A stretch of 64,000 nt of DNA from an uncultured Acidimicrobiia bacterium (GCA_963847455.1 CAWKAG010000012.1:6156-70155), one strand, 5' to 3'; shown: positions 18,796-28,438, counted from the stretch's first letter. The notes: generated by a model not told the origin, from the letters alone. A program made the numbers and translations.

Positions 18796-19620
18796 TTACT
18801 CTACGGTTTTGCGATACGACCGGACCGCGAACGGTGCCGCCACCGCAACGATCCCGACTATCCAGGCCAGGGAGAGGAGTACCAGCGATCCGATTGTCGC
18901 TCCGCTGGCGGCGAGGTGTGGTTCTCCGGCAATGTAGGCGTCGCCAAGGATCAGTGCTCTGGCGGTGTTGGCGAGAACCGTCACCGGCTGGTTTTCAGCA
19001 AACGAGGCCAGCCACGACGGCATCGTCGACGTCGGGACGAAGACTGAACTAGCAAATACCAACGGAAAAATCGGCAAGAAGCCGGCTGTTTGAGCGGCTT
19101 CGGGCGTCTTTACCTTCAGACCTACCCAGGCCATGACCCATGACATCGAGTATCCGAAACCGAGGGCGAGCACGACGGCGAGCACCAGAGAGAAGAACCC
19201 GTTGAGCGGACGAAACCCGATCAGGTAGCCAACTGCGGTCATCAGGCTTATGACGAATGCCGCTCGACCTACGTCGGCGAACGTCCGTCCGGCCAAAACT
19301 GCCGATCGTGCCATCGGTAGCGACCGGAAGCGGTCGATAACCCCGGCTTGGAGGTCTTCGGTGAGCCCGACGGCGGTCGCCGTAGCCGCGAATACAACGT
19401 TCTGGACGATGATCCCGGGTAACAAGTAATTGATGTAGTCACCGAAAATCGGAGGAATGGACCGGGCGATTGAGCCTCCGAAGACGTAGTTGAACAACAG
19501 CAGGAACATGACGGGCTGAACCGTCGAGAACAACAACAGTTGTGGGAGTCGGATGTTTCGGAGCAGGTTACGGCGGGTGATGATTCCAACGTGGCTGGCG
19601 GTTTGTGAGAGGGTGGTCAT
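18796..19620 (-). CDS. ABC-2 type transporter permease
   Basis: Six hydrophobic helices and a DrrB/ABC-2-like organisation. The ATG overlaps the ATPase stop as ATGA. Confidence 0.85.
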   Translation of the reverse strand: MTTLSQTASHVGIITRRNLLRNIRLPQLLLFSTVQPVMFLLLFNYVFGGSIARSIPPIFGDYINYLLPGIIVQNVVFAATATAVGLTEDLQAGVIDRFRSLPMARSAVLAGRTFADVGRAAFVISLMTAVGYLIGFRPLNGFFSLVLAVVLALGFGYSMSWVMAWVGLKVKTPEAAQTAGFLPIFPLVFASSVFVPTSTMPSWLASFAENQPVTVLANTARALILGDAYIAGEPHLAASGATIGSLVLLSLAWIVGIVAVAAPFAVRSYRKTVE

Positions 19621-20600
19621 CGTGACCTCCTGCCTTTCTGCTTTTCATTAGCGGGAGTTTCTTCGGTTGCTTTGCCCGTCAACGTCAAGAAGACGTCGTC
19701 GAGGGTCGGTCTCCGAAGCGCAATGTCGTGAACTTCGATGCCTGCATCGTCCAGAACCCGGACGGCTTCCAGCAAGGAAGTCGCGGCTCTCGGGGCGGGG
19801 ATGGTGACGGTCTTACGGGCGGCACTGATGATGGGTTCGGCAATGGAGCCCCTACGTAGGGCATCGGCCACCGAGGCGAGTTCGTCGCCGGTGTGAATCT
19901 CGATGACGTCGCCGCCGACCTGAGTCTTGAGCTGGTCGGCCGTGCCTTCGGCGATCAGCTTGCCATGATCAATTACCCCGATCCGGGTGGCGAGGCGGTC
20001 GGCCTCTTCAAGGTACTGGGTGGTCAGCAGCAGCGTGGTTCCGTCCGCCACGAGCTCGTTGATGATCTCCCAGAGACCAAGCCGCGACCGAGGGTCGATG
20101 CCAGTAGTTGGTTCGTCGAGGAACAGAACCTCGGGACGGCCGACGATGGAGGCGGCCAGGTCGAGGCGTCGCTTCATGCCGCCCGAGTAGGTCGTTACCT
20201 GCCGGTGGGCAGCGTCGGTGAGGTTGATTCTTTCCAAAACATCGTCAGCCCGCTCCTTCGCCTGCTTCTTCGACAGGTTGTAGAGCCGGCCGACCATGAT
20301 GAGGTTCTCGCGTCCGGTTTGATAACCGTCGACGGCGGCGTTCTGGCCAGCCAATCCGATCTTTTCGCGGGCGCCCTTGGCGTCTTTTATGACGTCGATC
20401 CCTGCCACATACGCCGAACCGGAGTCTGGTTTGAGCAGGGTGGTCAGAACTCGAATGAGAGTGGTCTTGCCCGCCCCGTTCGGTCCGAGCAGTCCGTAGA
20501 TGATTCCTCGCTCGAACGAGACGGAGATGTCGTCGAGTGCCTTTACCGTGCCGCCGAAAGTGTGAACGATGTTGTCAGCTTGGACGATGATGTCAGTCAT
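19617..20600 (-). CDS. ABC transporter ATP-binding protein (DrrA-like)
   Basis: Walker A GPNGAGKTT, signature YSGGMKRRL, Walker B LFLDEPTTGID. Confidence 0.9.
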   Translation of the reverse strand: MTDIIVQADNIVHTFGGTVKALDDISVSFERGIIYGLLGPNGAGKTTLIRVLTTLLKPDSGSAYVAGIDVIKDAKGAREKIGLAGQNAAVDGYQTGRENLIMVGRLYNLSKKQAKERADDVLERINLTDAAHRQVTTYSGGMKRRLDLAASIVGRPEVLFLDEPTTGIDPRSRLGLWEIINELVADGTTLLLTTQYLEEADRLATRIGVIDHGKLIAEGTADQLKTQVGGDVIEIHTGDELASVADALRRGSIAEPIISAARKTVTIPAPRAATSLLEAVRVLDDAGIEVHDIALRRPTLDDVFLTLTGKATEETPANEKQKGRRSR

Positions 20601-20674
20601 AGCTTCTCCCTGAGGCAGCAGGTTGCGGCCAAGATCGTGAAGTTTACGACAGCGTGTCGTTAAGGATCAATTGG

Positions 20675-20989
20675 CTAGAACATGGCGTTTAGGGTCCAAA
20701 GCGTGACGAGGCCTGCGACCATCGTCAGCGAAAGATTCTTGGTTCGATAGCCGACCAGGCCGGCGATGATCGCGGCGTAGATCCGATGGTTGTCGAAAGC
20801 GATTGCGTAGCTGCCATCAATGAGCAATACCGCGGGTAGGGCGATGGCCGGAAATACGGCCGCGGGTACGAAGCGAAGCGCTCGCTGCAACGCTGGCGGA
20901 ATGCTGCCTGGACCAAGAAGAGCCAGGAAGGAGCCGCGTAGGAGAATTGTCCCAGCTCCGATGGCGACCACGAGCAACCACGGATTCAT
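20675..20989 (-). CDS. azlD: AzlD-family branched-chain amino acid transport protein
   Basis: ORF 20675-21277, trimmed to MNPWLLVVAIGAGTILLRGSFLAL... (104 aa, hydrophobic). Its ATG overlaps the azlC stop as ATGA. Confidence 0.75.
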   Translation of the reverse strand: MNPWLLVVAIGAGTILLRGSFLALLGPGSIPPALQRALRFVPAAVFPAIALPAVLLIDGSYAIAFDNHRIYAAIIAGLVGYRTKNLSLTMVAGLVTLWTLNAMF

Positions 20990-21687
20990 GTCGGGCGATC
21001 CACGACTACGCCTACGGTGATGCCGACCACTGCCGCGACCAACAGACCGAGATTGAACGGCAAGGTCGCGGCTGCAATTGCCGTAAAGCCTGAGGCGGCG
21101 GCCGCCGCATAAGTAGCCCGATCCACCAGCGCCGGAAACGTCAATCCGATGAAGATAAGCGGTGCTGCGAACGTGAGCCCCCATGAAGCCGGAACGCTGG
21201 CACCGATAACCGCCCCGGCCGAAGTCGCCGTCATCCAAACCACCCAGAGCGTCACGCCGATGGCCGCCGAATACCATTGGAGCTGCGGGTGGTCCTCGCC
21301 ATCATTCGACCGGGTAACGGTCAGCGCGAATAGCTGGTCGACCATCAGATATGAGAGAAACCAGCGCCATGCTCTGGGCAGATGTCCGAGGGGTTGCACG
21401 AGCGTCGCTGAGTACATGACGTGGCGGGCGTTGATCACCAGGGTGGTCCCGATGATCGTGGGCCAGGCCGCCCCGGCGCCAAGCAGGGTCATGGCGGCGA
21501 TCTGGGCCGCCCCGGCGAAGATGAGACCCGACGAGGCGATAGCCAATGTCGTCGACACTCCGGCACCGACCGCGGCTACCCCGACCACGAACCCAAATGG
21601 CGTGACGGCCAGCAGCAAAGGGAGAGTGTCAATGAGGCCCGAACGAATCTCTTGTCGACGGGTTGGCTGGGGACTAGACGGAGTCAC
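20986..21687 (-). CDS. azlC: AzlC-family branched-chain amino acid permease subunit
   Basis: GTG start. It is a polytopic membrane protein with ...SSGLIFAGAAQIAAMTLLG..., which is AzlC-like. It overlaps the upstream stop as GTGA. Confidence 0.85.
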   Translation of the reverse strand: MTPSSPQPTRRQEIRSGLIDTLPLLLAVTPFGFVVGVAAVGAGVSTTLAIASSGLIFAGAAQIAAMTLLGAGAAWPTIIGTTLVINARHVMYSATLVQPLGHLPRAWRWFLSYLMVDQLFALTVTRSNDGEDHPQLQWYSAAIGVTLWVVWMTATSAGAVIGASVPASWGLTFAAPLIFIGLTFPALVDRATYAAAAASGFTAIAAATLPFNLGLLVAAVVGITVGVVVDRPT

Positions 21688-23366
21688 GAGCCGATCGGTC
21701 GCGGGCGGATCTCGGATGCTACCGGGAACCAGCGCAGGGCCTCGGCTTCGAGTTCGAGACCGGGTTCTGGGTCGCAGGGCGGTTCGTCGAGCGCACGGTC
21801 GAGCAAGACCCGCGCCTCGTCGAGGTAGTCGGTAAGGGCGGTGCTGTCGGCGGTCCTGCGCCGATCGGGATAGACCATCGCTCCCGACTCGTAGCTGATC
21901 TCAGACAAGGCCATCGCGGTTCGTTCGGGCGCGTCTCGGTGTCGCCAACTGCCGGTGTGGGCATCGAATCGGTAGCAGGCGAGCAGTTTCCAGCCTTCGT
22001 TGGCGATGAGATGAACCGCATCGACAATGAACCGGAACGTCTCCTCGGCGAGGAAGTAGTTGAAGTTCACGCGCACCCAACCAGGCTTGATCCCCTCGCA
22101 ACCCCGCAGAATCTCCTGTTCGTATTGATGCGAGGTGTCCATGTCGATGCCGAGTAGTCGATGCCCATACGGGCCGGCACATGAACACCCTCCCCGGCTC
22201 TGAATCCCGAACAGGTCATTGAGGAGTGCAACGACAAAGTTGTGGTGGAGGTACCGGCCTTCGTACCGAATCACGAATGACACGATCGAGAGTCGGTCGG
22301 CGTCAGGATTGCCGAGTATCTCTATGTTCGGATTGGCTTGCCAGGAGGCAATCGCCCGCTTGATGAAAGCATGCTCGAGGGAACGGATACGGTCCGACCC
22401 GACAGCCAGCTTCAATTGGAACACCAGTCCCGCCCGGATGGATTCGATGATGGCCGGCGTGCCGCCCTCCTCGCGGTGTTCAATGTCGGTCAGGTAAAGA
22501 TGCTCTTCAGTATTCACATAGGCCACGGTGCCACCGCCGGGCACGGCCGGGACCTTGTTCTTGAAGAGCTCCTTTCGGGCCACCAGGACCCCGGGAGTAC
22601 CGGGACCTCCGATGAACTTGTGGGGGCTGATGAAGATGGCGTCCTTATGGGCATCGTTGGGTCCGCCCGGGTCCATGTCGATGCCGATGTAAGGAGCCGC
22701 GGCCGCGTAGTCCCAGAACGAAAGAGCGCCGTATCGATGGAGCAGAGATGCCACCGCGGCGTGGTCGGTGATGATGCCGGTGACGTTGGAAGCTGCCGAG
22801 AAACTGCCGATCTTGAGCGGGCGGGCTTCGTATTCTTTGAGCGCCACTTCGAGCGCCGCTAGATCAATGTGCCCATCGCGGTCCTCGGGGATCCGGACAA
22901 CGTCCGCTATCGATTCGCGCCAGGGGAGCTCGTTCGAATGATGTTCATAGGGACCACAGAATACGACCGGGCGTTCTTCGGCAGGAATACGGTCGCTAAG
23001 TCCGTACTGCTCGTCGAGCTCGGCAGGGATTCGTAAGCCGAGCACCCGGATCATGAGGTCGACGGCGCCCGTCGATCCCGAACCGACAAACAGGACTGCA
23101 TCATCCTCGGTTGCTCCGACCCCCTCACGGACCAGACGCCTAGCATCGTCGCGGAACCTGGTTGTTTGGCGTCCGGTACCAGATGTTTCGGTGTGGGTAT
23201 TGGCATACAGCGGTAGGACTTCATGCCGGATGAAGTCCTCGATAAACGTCAGTGAGCGCCCTGATGCGGTGTAGTCGGCGTAGGTGACGAGGCGAGGACC
23301 GAACGGTCCGTCGACGACATCGTTGTCACCGATGACCGATGACCGGATGGTTTCGATGATGTCCAT
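21684..23366 (-). CDS. Aminotransferase class V-fold PLP-dependent enzyme
   Basis: YADYTASGRSLTFIEDFIRHEVLPLYANTHTE, plus the PLP-lysine context ISPHKFIGGPGTPGVLV. At 560 aa the length fits the long class-V family. Confidence 0.8.
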   Translation of the reverse strand: MDIIETIRSSVIGDNDVVDGPFGPRLVTYADYTASGRSLTFIEDFIRHEVLPLYANTHTETSGTGRQTTRFRDDARRLVREGVGATEDDAVLFVGSGSTGAVDLMIRVLGLRIPAELDEQYGLSDRIPAEERPVVFCGPYEHHSNELPWRESIADVVRIPEDRDGHIDLAALEVALKEYEARPLKIGSFSAASNVTGIITDHAAVASLLHRYGALSFWDYAAAAPYIGIDMDPGGPNDAHKDAIFISPHKFIGGPGTPGVLVARKELFKNKVPAVPGGGTVAYVNTEEHLYLTDIEHREEGGTPAIIESIRAGLVFQLKLAVGSDRIRSLEHAFIKRAIASWQANPNIEILGNPDADRLSIVSFVIRYEGRYLHHNFVVALLNDLFGIQSRGGCSCAGPYGHRLLGIDMDTSHQYEQEILRGCEGIKPGWVRVNFNYFLAEETFRFIVDAVHLIANEGWKLLACYRFDAHTGSWRHRDAPERTAMALSEISYESGAMVYPDRRRTADSTALTDYLDEARVLLDRALDEPPCDPEPGLELEAEALRWFPVASEIRPRPIGS

Positions 23367-23375
23367 CGTGGAAGG

Positions 23376-24068
23376 TTACTTGACTGGCCGCGACGCCACT
23401 GCCCGCACCAGTGCCTGGATCGTGAAGATGCCGATGATGATTGGTGCAAAAGTGAAGCCGCGTTGATAGAGCAAATAGGCCACGGCTGCGCCGACCAGCA
23501 GTCCAATGATGGCTCCGTGCAACCGACCGGACCCCGGCAATGCCTTCTCGATCAACTCGCTCATGATCGTTCCCCCATCCAGACCCCCGATGGGAAGGAG
23601 GTTGAACGCACCGATGACCGTATTTGCCCACACGAACACGGCAAGGAAAAACACGACCGAGTCACCCGCGTTCAGCGCATCTCCGAGGTAGACCCGCCAG
23701 GGAGTGTCGAGGACCAGTTCTGCCAGACTTCCGAAAGCGCCCACCGACGCTGCCAGCCAAAGCAGGACGCCGATCGTGATCGACGTAACCGATCCGGCTG
23801 CCGCAACGGCGATGCGCGGCCACCCGGTATTACGGCCGCCCACCCAGCGTGTGACGCCTCCCAATCCGTGAAGTGTGATGCCCTGGACCTCGCCGCCAAG
23901 CGCCCTGGCCACGAACGCGTGGCCGAGTTCGTGCACGAGGATTGACAGAACGGCAGCAAGTCCGGCGACGACGGCGACGGCCGGTTCGAAGCCCTGGCCA
24001 ACGAAATAGAAGAGCAACAACAAGGTGATGTTGAACTCGATCGGAAACCCGAACAGTCGAAACCGCAT
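23376..24068 (-). CDS. M50/site-2-protease-family membrane metalloprotease
   Basis: HExxH motif in VHELGHAFVARALGG within a polytopic membrane protein. The start abuts the upstream stop with a 0-nt gap. Confidence 0.8.
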   Translation of the reverse strand: MRFRLFGFPIEFNITLLLLFYFVGQGFEPAVAVVAGLAAVLSILVHELGHAFVARALGGEVQGITLHGLGGVTRWVGGRNTGWPRIAVAAAGSVTSITIGVLLWLAASVGAFGSLAELVLDTPWRVYLGDALNAGDSVVFFLAVFVWANTVIGAFNLLPIGGLDGGTIMSELIEKALPGSGRLHGAIIGLLVGAAVAYLLYQRGFTFAPIIIGIFTIQALVRAVASRPVK

Positions 24069-25076
24069 TTAGTAGTCCTCGTCGGGGCGCCGCTGCTTTG
24101 AGGGCTGGACCCGAGGAGGCTCGCCGGGTTGTTTGGGATAGTGGGGAGGCCACGGAGCATCGCCGATTCCGTTGTCTTCGTCCCGTGCCATCCACTCCAG
24201 CAAGGTCGTTATCGAACCGGCGTGGTCGTCCATGTTGGCAGTGAGCTCGCCGACATCGGCGTATCGGTTGGCGAATGTGTCCATCGGGAATCGCTCGATC
24301 GAGATGTCGTCCAATTCGGCCCAATCGAATGGAGTCGAGACGAATCCGGTCGGTCGGACGCCGTAGGCAGAGGAAACCGTTTTGTCGCGGGCCATTTGAT
24401 TGAAATCGATGAAAACGCCGGACCGCTCTTCTTTCCACCATTTCGTAGTTACTGCACCTGGCATCCGCCGCTCCAGTTCCCTGGCGAAAGCGAGAACGGC
24501 CCGTCGCACCTGAAAGAAATCCCAGATCGGCTCGATCCGCACATACACATGAATGCCCCGACTGCCGGATGTTTTTGGCCAGCTGACCAGGCCGACCTCA
24601 TCAAAGAGATCCTTGGCGCCGCGAGCGGCAGCCCGCACGTCATCGAATCCGAATCCGTCCGTTGGGTCGAGGTCGATCCGCAACTCGTCCGGATGATCGA
24701 TGTCCTCAGCCCGAACGGGCCATGGATGAAAATCAAGACAGCCGAGTTGGGCCAGTCGTAAGACGTCCGCTTCGGTTCTGGGAACGTTCATGATCCCGGG
24801 ACGTTGGGACGGGAAACGGATCTCGACGGTTTCGAACGGCGAGTTGTTGGCGGCGCGTTTGTGATAGACGGGTGGTTCATTGACGCCTTTCATGTACCGC
24901 TTCAACATGGTCGGCCGACCGAAGATCCCGTTGATGGCACCTTCGGCAACGAGAGCAAAGTGATTGGCGACGTCCAGCTTGGTCCACCCCCGATCGGGGA
25001 AGACGATTCGATCGGGCGAGGAAATCCGCACCGTCTCGACGTCGACGTCGATGAAGGCTTCTTTAGCCATTGGCAA
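24069..25076 (-). CDS. Stand-alone LigD-type primase-polymerase domain protein (Prim-Pol)
   Basis: TTG start at 25076, with an alternative ATG at 25070. Archaeo-eukaryotic primase motifs are present: ...DELRIDLDP... and ...KTSGSRGIHVYVRI... Confidence 0.85.
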   Translation of the reverse strand: MPMAKEAFIDVDVETVRISSPDRIVFPDRGWTKLDVANHFALVAEGAINGIFGRPTMLKRYMKGVNEPPVYHKRAANNSPFETVEIRFPSQRPGIMNVPRTEADVLRLAQLGCLDFHPWPVRAEDIDHPDELRIDLDPTDGFGFDDVRAAARGAKDLFDEVGLVSWPKTSGSRGIHVYVRIEPIWDFFQVRRAVLAFARELERRMPGAVTTKWWKEERSGVFIDFNQMARDKTVSSAYGVRPTGFVSTPFDWAELDDISIERFPMDTFANRYADVGELTANMDDHAGSITTLLEWMARDEDNGIGDAPWPPHYPKQPGEPPRVQPSKQRRPDEDY

Positions 25077-26088
25077 TCATGTCCGAAAAGCCCAGCCCAT
25101 CGGGGCGTTCGAGTTGGTCCATCGTGCAGTCCTTGGCGTCTTTGTCAGGACGCCATCGATGGAACCGTGTGGCGTGACGGAATCGGTAGCCCTCTAATTG
25201 GTCGTAGCTGATCTCGATGACGACGCCCGGCACGATCGGCACCCATGAAAGGTCCTTGCCTGTCGACCATCTGCTCTCGCCGCCAGGAGCCCTGGCTTCG
25301 TCGCCGAAGGACTCGTCCGACTTCAATGCTTCGAATTGAGCGAGCATATCGACGCGATCCGCGTCCTGGAACCCCGAACAGTGACCGATGAAGTGCAGTT
25401 CACCATCATCGTTGTACAGGCCGAGGAGCAGCGATCCGATTTTGTCGCCGTCCTTGTGTATCCGGTATCCGCCGACAACGCAGTCGACAGTACGCCGATG
25501 CTTGATCTTGATCACCGCCCGCTTCCCGTGGATGTAGGCCTGGTCGAGGGGCTTGGCGATGATGCCGTCACAGCCGGTCGGTTCAAACTCGTCGAACCAC
25601 CGCTTGGCGAGTTCCTCGTCGGTCGTGGATGGCGTGAGATTCCACGGATTGTCGAGTCCGGCGAGCAGCTGTTCAAGGCGAACCCGGCGCTCATGGAATG
25701 GAAGCGCACGTAAGTCTTCTCCGCGGTCGGCGAGTAGATCGAAGGCCACCAACTGCGCCGGGATCTCTCCCGACAACTTCTCCACACGGGAGGAGGCCGG
25801 ATGGAGTCGGAGTTGCAGCGTGTCGAAACTTGTTTCGTCGTCGATCACCACCACGATCTCGGCATCGACCACGGTTCCTTCCGGGAGCTGAGCGATTGCG
25901 GGAGCGAGCTCAGGGAAGTACCTGAGGAGTGGCCGTTGGTTGCGCGAGTCGATGCGCCCTTCCGGGTTCGACCATACGACGGCGCGGAAACCGTCCCACT
26001 TTGGCTCGTAGGCGAACGAGCCTTTCGGCCACTTTTCGGAAACCTTGGCTTCCATGGTTTCGATCGGGGGAGGAAAGGGCCACGTCAT
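25063..26088 (-). CDS. ATP-dependent DNA ligase (LigC-like)
   Basis: ORF 25063-26130, with my preferred start at ATG 26088 (MTWPFPPPIETMEAKV...). The adenylation motif I is YEPKWDGFRAVV. It overlaps the Prim-Pol gene by 8-14 nt. Confidence 0.85.
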   Translation of the reverse strand: MTWPFPPPIETMEAKVSEKWPKGSFAYEPKWDGFRAVVWSNPEGRIDSRNQRPLLRYFPELAPAIAQLPEGTVVDAEIVVVIDDETSFDTLQLRLHPASSRVEKLSGEIPAQLVAFDLLADRGEDLRALPFHERRVRLEQLLAGLDNPWNLTPSTTDEELAKRWFDEFEPTGCDGIIAKPLDQAYIHGKRAVIKIKHRRTVDCVVGGYRIHKDGDKIGSLLLGLYNDDGELHFIGHCSGFQDADRVDMLAQFEALKSDESFGDEARAPGGESRWSTGKDLSWVPIVPGVVIEISYDQLEGYRFRHATRFHRWRPDKDAKDCTMDQLERPDGLGFSDMIANG

Positions 26089-26151
26089 GATGCAATACAA
26101 GCACGCAACACCATTTGTGAATAGCAACACACGGCCGGTACGCTCTACCGG

Positions 26152-26952
26152 GTGTCTGTGGCGGACAAGGCATCCATTCGTGCAGTTCTTGCACTTCTAC
26201 TCACCGGATTGATCTTCGGGCTTATTTGGCTCACCGGTGGCGCGAACGCGCGTGTACGGGATGCGTCGGCGGCTGCGGCTCTTCCCTCTACCTCGATTGC
26301 TACGGCCTCGACCGTCAATATTCCGGCCGACCCGCCCCTTGAAGCCGGCATGCTGATCGAGCTAGATGTTCTCACGGAACCGAAGGAAGGCGCCGCCTTC
26401 GCGGCACTGGCCGCCCCTGCTACAACCATGGAAGTAGTTCCGACCACTCCGCCTCCAACCACCCAGCTGTCAACTACGAGTACCGAACCGTCGACGACCA
26501 CCACCGCCCAGGTCGAGACAACCACCACCGTCGAAGCGACCACGACTACCACCGTTGCGGACACGACCACCACGACGGAAGCCCCGACGACGACCACAAC
26601 GGTTGCTTCGACGACGACCACAACCGAGCCACCTACGACGACCACCACGACCGGTGGTGATTATTCGGGAGTGCTTACCGAGTCCGAAGCACGGGATCTG
26701 TTCGGTCAGTACTTCTCGGGTGACGATGTCGAGGTGGCGCTGCGCATCGCGATCTGCGAGAGCAGCCTCAACACCAATGCGTACAACCCGGCCGGATACG
26801 GCGGGCTCTTCCAACACTCGATCGCCTACTGGGATAGCCGGGCGGCCGCGGCGGGGTGGGCCGGCGCCAGCATCTACGATGGAGCAGCAAACACGGCCGT
26901 CGCCTACTGGCTTTATAGCCAGAGCGGCTGGTCGCCCTGGCCGAACTGTTGA
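26152..26952 (+). CDS. Secreted lysozyme-like (SLT/transglycosylase-type) protein with Thr/Pro-rich linker
   Basis: GTG start. It has an N-terminal TM/signal segment (AVLALLLTGLIFGLIWLTGGANA), a poly-Thr linker, and a C-terminal IAICESSLNTNAYNPAGYGGLFQHSIAYW (ES...GLxQ motif). Confidence 0.7.
   Translation: MSVADKASIRAVLALLLTGLIFGLIWLTGGANARVRDASAAAALPSTSIATASTVNIPADPPLEAGMLIELDVLTEPKEGAAFAALAAPATTMEVVPTTPPPTTQLSTTSTEPSTTTTAQVETTTTVEATTTTTVADTTTTTEAPTTTTTVASTTTTTEPPTTTTTTGGDYSGVLTESEARDLFGQYFSGDDVEVALRIAICESSLNTNAYNPAGYGGLFQHSIAYWDSRAAAAGWAGASIYDGAANTAVAYWLYSQSGWSPWPNC
26440..26652 (+). repeat. Low-complexity Thr/Pro-rich coding tract
   Basis: The tract encodes TTPPPTTQLSTTSTEPSTTTTAQVETTTTVEATTTTTVADTTTTTEAPTTTTTVASTTTTTEPPTTTTTT. 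The ACC/ACG-rich DNA creates a spurious poly-Val antisense ORF. Confidence 0.8.
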
Positions 26953-26961
26953 GAGGATCGT

Positions 26962-27513
26962 GTGGCTGCAGTTGACATCGCCGGGTTCGTCGCCGACCTA
27001 AAAAGCCATGCGATGGATCATGGTTTCCACGTTCACGACGAACGCCATTTCATCGAGACGTACTCACTGAGCCAGATGTGGGAGATTGATGTGCATCCGG
27101 AGCAGACGTGTGGTGGGGCATTGGACCTCCATATGGCCCTCGATGTAGATCCCCGCGTTCTCCTCGATTTCGAAGACCACGTTCGCGATCTCCCGGTCGA
27201 TGTGGATGGGCCGGACGACGTGTTCGGGCTTACGCTTGGTTTCAACTGGGGTTTGCCTCCCCTCGAACAACAGCCGGACCTGCTGGTGCTCGCCACAGAA
27301 CTGGCCGGTATCGGCGGCATGAAGTTTCCAGTTGAGGTATCGGCGATTGACTCGTTCGGGGCCGTTACCGACGCGGCCGAGCGCCGCGTGGTGGTCGTCG
27401 GACGGATCGGTATCTCGCTGGCCGACATTTTCATGGGCAATGAGCAGCTTTGTGATGAGCTGGACCTTGCCCACGACATCAGCATTTATCTGAACGATCT
27501 CCTGGTGAGCTGA
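26962..27513 (+). CDS. Hypothetical acidic cytoplasmic protein
   Basis: 183-aa ORF with a GTG start, 9 nt after the preceding stop. Codon bias matches its neighbours. I recognised no family. Confidence 0.5.
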   Translation: MAAVDIAGFVADLKSHAMDHGFHVHDERHFIETYSLSQMWEIDVHPEQTCGGALDLHMALDVDPRVLLDFEDHVRDLPVDVDGPDDVFGLTLGFNWGLPPLEQQPDLLVLATELAGIGGMKFPVEVSAIDSFGAVTDAAERRVVVVGRIGISLADIFMGNEQLCDELDLAHDISIYLNDLLVS

Positions 27514-27575
27514 ACGGGCCAAGGACTGGTTCGGGAAGGTACCCTCAGATCGGCGACCCGCGGAACGAGCGAAAC

Positions 27576-28058
27576 ATGGACGATTACACCTTCTTGACCA
27601 CGATGGGCAACGTGGCAGCGTCGGTGACCGTAGTCACGACCTTTGACGCATCTGGCAAACCCACCGGCCTGACTGTGAGCGCTTTTTCTTCGGTGAGTCT
27701 TGATCCACCCCTCGTACTGGTGTGTTTAGGTAAGGAGGCGTCATCGCTGGAAGCCATTCGGCAGCGAGGTGGTTATTCGGTGAACTTTATGGCTGCTGGA
27801 ACCGGTGACCTGGCGCTCGCCATGGCTCTGCGATCCGACGATCGCTTCACAGGTGTCGCCTACGACAGTCCATCGACCGGAGTGGGCGGGCCGATCCTCA
27901 CCGATTCGATATTCGCCTATTTCGAGTGTGCTTTGGAGACGGAGGTCGACGCGGGAGATCACGTGATCTTCATCGGCCGGGTCCTCGCCGGCGAGTTCCT
28001 TCGCGAGCGTGAACCGCTTGTTTACTGGCGGCGCGGGTTTGCCGAAGTGTCACACTGA
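27576..28058 (+). CDS. Flavin reductase-like (FMN-binding split-barrel) protein
   Basis: FLTTMGNVAASVTVVTT...LTVSAFSSVSLDPPLVLVCL is a typical flavin reductase domain pattern. Confidence 0.8.
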   Translation: MDDYTFLTTMGNVAASVTVVTTFDASGKPTGLTVSAFSSVSLDPPLVLVCLGKEASSLEAIRQRGGYSVNFMAAGTGDLALAMALRSDDRFTGVAYDSPSTGVGGPILTDSIFAYFECALETEVDAGDHVIFIGRVLAGEFLREREPLVYWRRGFAEVSH

Positions 28059-28438
28059 TGGCTTTGGGACCGGTGTGGCCGGCCGGGGTTCTGGTCTTCA
28101 CGAGTTCTGACCGCTTCGAGGAGATGGCCCGGTTCTATCGGGATGCCCTGGCGCTACCGGTCAGATCGGATCGGCCCGGCTTCATCAATTTTGCCTTTGG
28201 TGATCAACGCTTGACGGTGGCAATCCACTCCGAGGTGAGCGGATCTTCTCGGGACCCGGACCGGATCATGATCAACTTTTCCACGGATGACGTGGCGTCG
28301 GCGGTGGCGCACTTGACCGAAGTCGGGGTCGACATCGTGCGGTACGCCGAACGCGAAAAGTGGGGTGGTTGGGTGGCGACTTTCCGGGATCCCGATGGGA
28401 ACCTGCTCCAACTGCTGGAGTTGCCGCCGGTGACCTAG
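28058..28438 (+). CDS. VOC/glyoxalase-family protein
   Basis: 126 aa, ending ...WGGWVATFRDPDGNLLQLLE, a typical VOC C-terminal strand pattern. It overlaps the upstream gene as TGATG. Confidence 0.7.
   Translation: MALGPVWPAGVLVFTSSDRFEEMARFYRDALALPVRSDRPGFINFAFGDQRLTVAIHSEVSGSSRDPDRIMINFSTDDVASAVAHLTEVGVDIVRYAEREKWGGWVATFRDPDGNLLQLLELPPVT

Noticed and set aside
20646-20660. The inverted repeat ACGACA-gcg-TGTCGT between azlD and the ABC transporter operon, as an intrinsic terminator.
   Set aside because: The stem is only 6 bp and neither strand has a U-tract. I cannot distinguish a terminator, an operator or chance.
26145-26648. A 167-aa poly-Val ORF (VVVVGGSVVVVVEATVVVVVG...) on the minus strand.
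   Set aside because: It is the mirror image of the ACC/ACG-rich poly-Thr linker of the plus-strand secreted protein, so it is not a gene.
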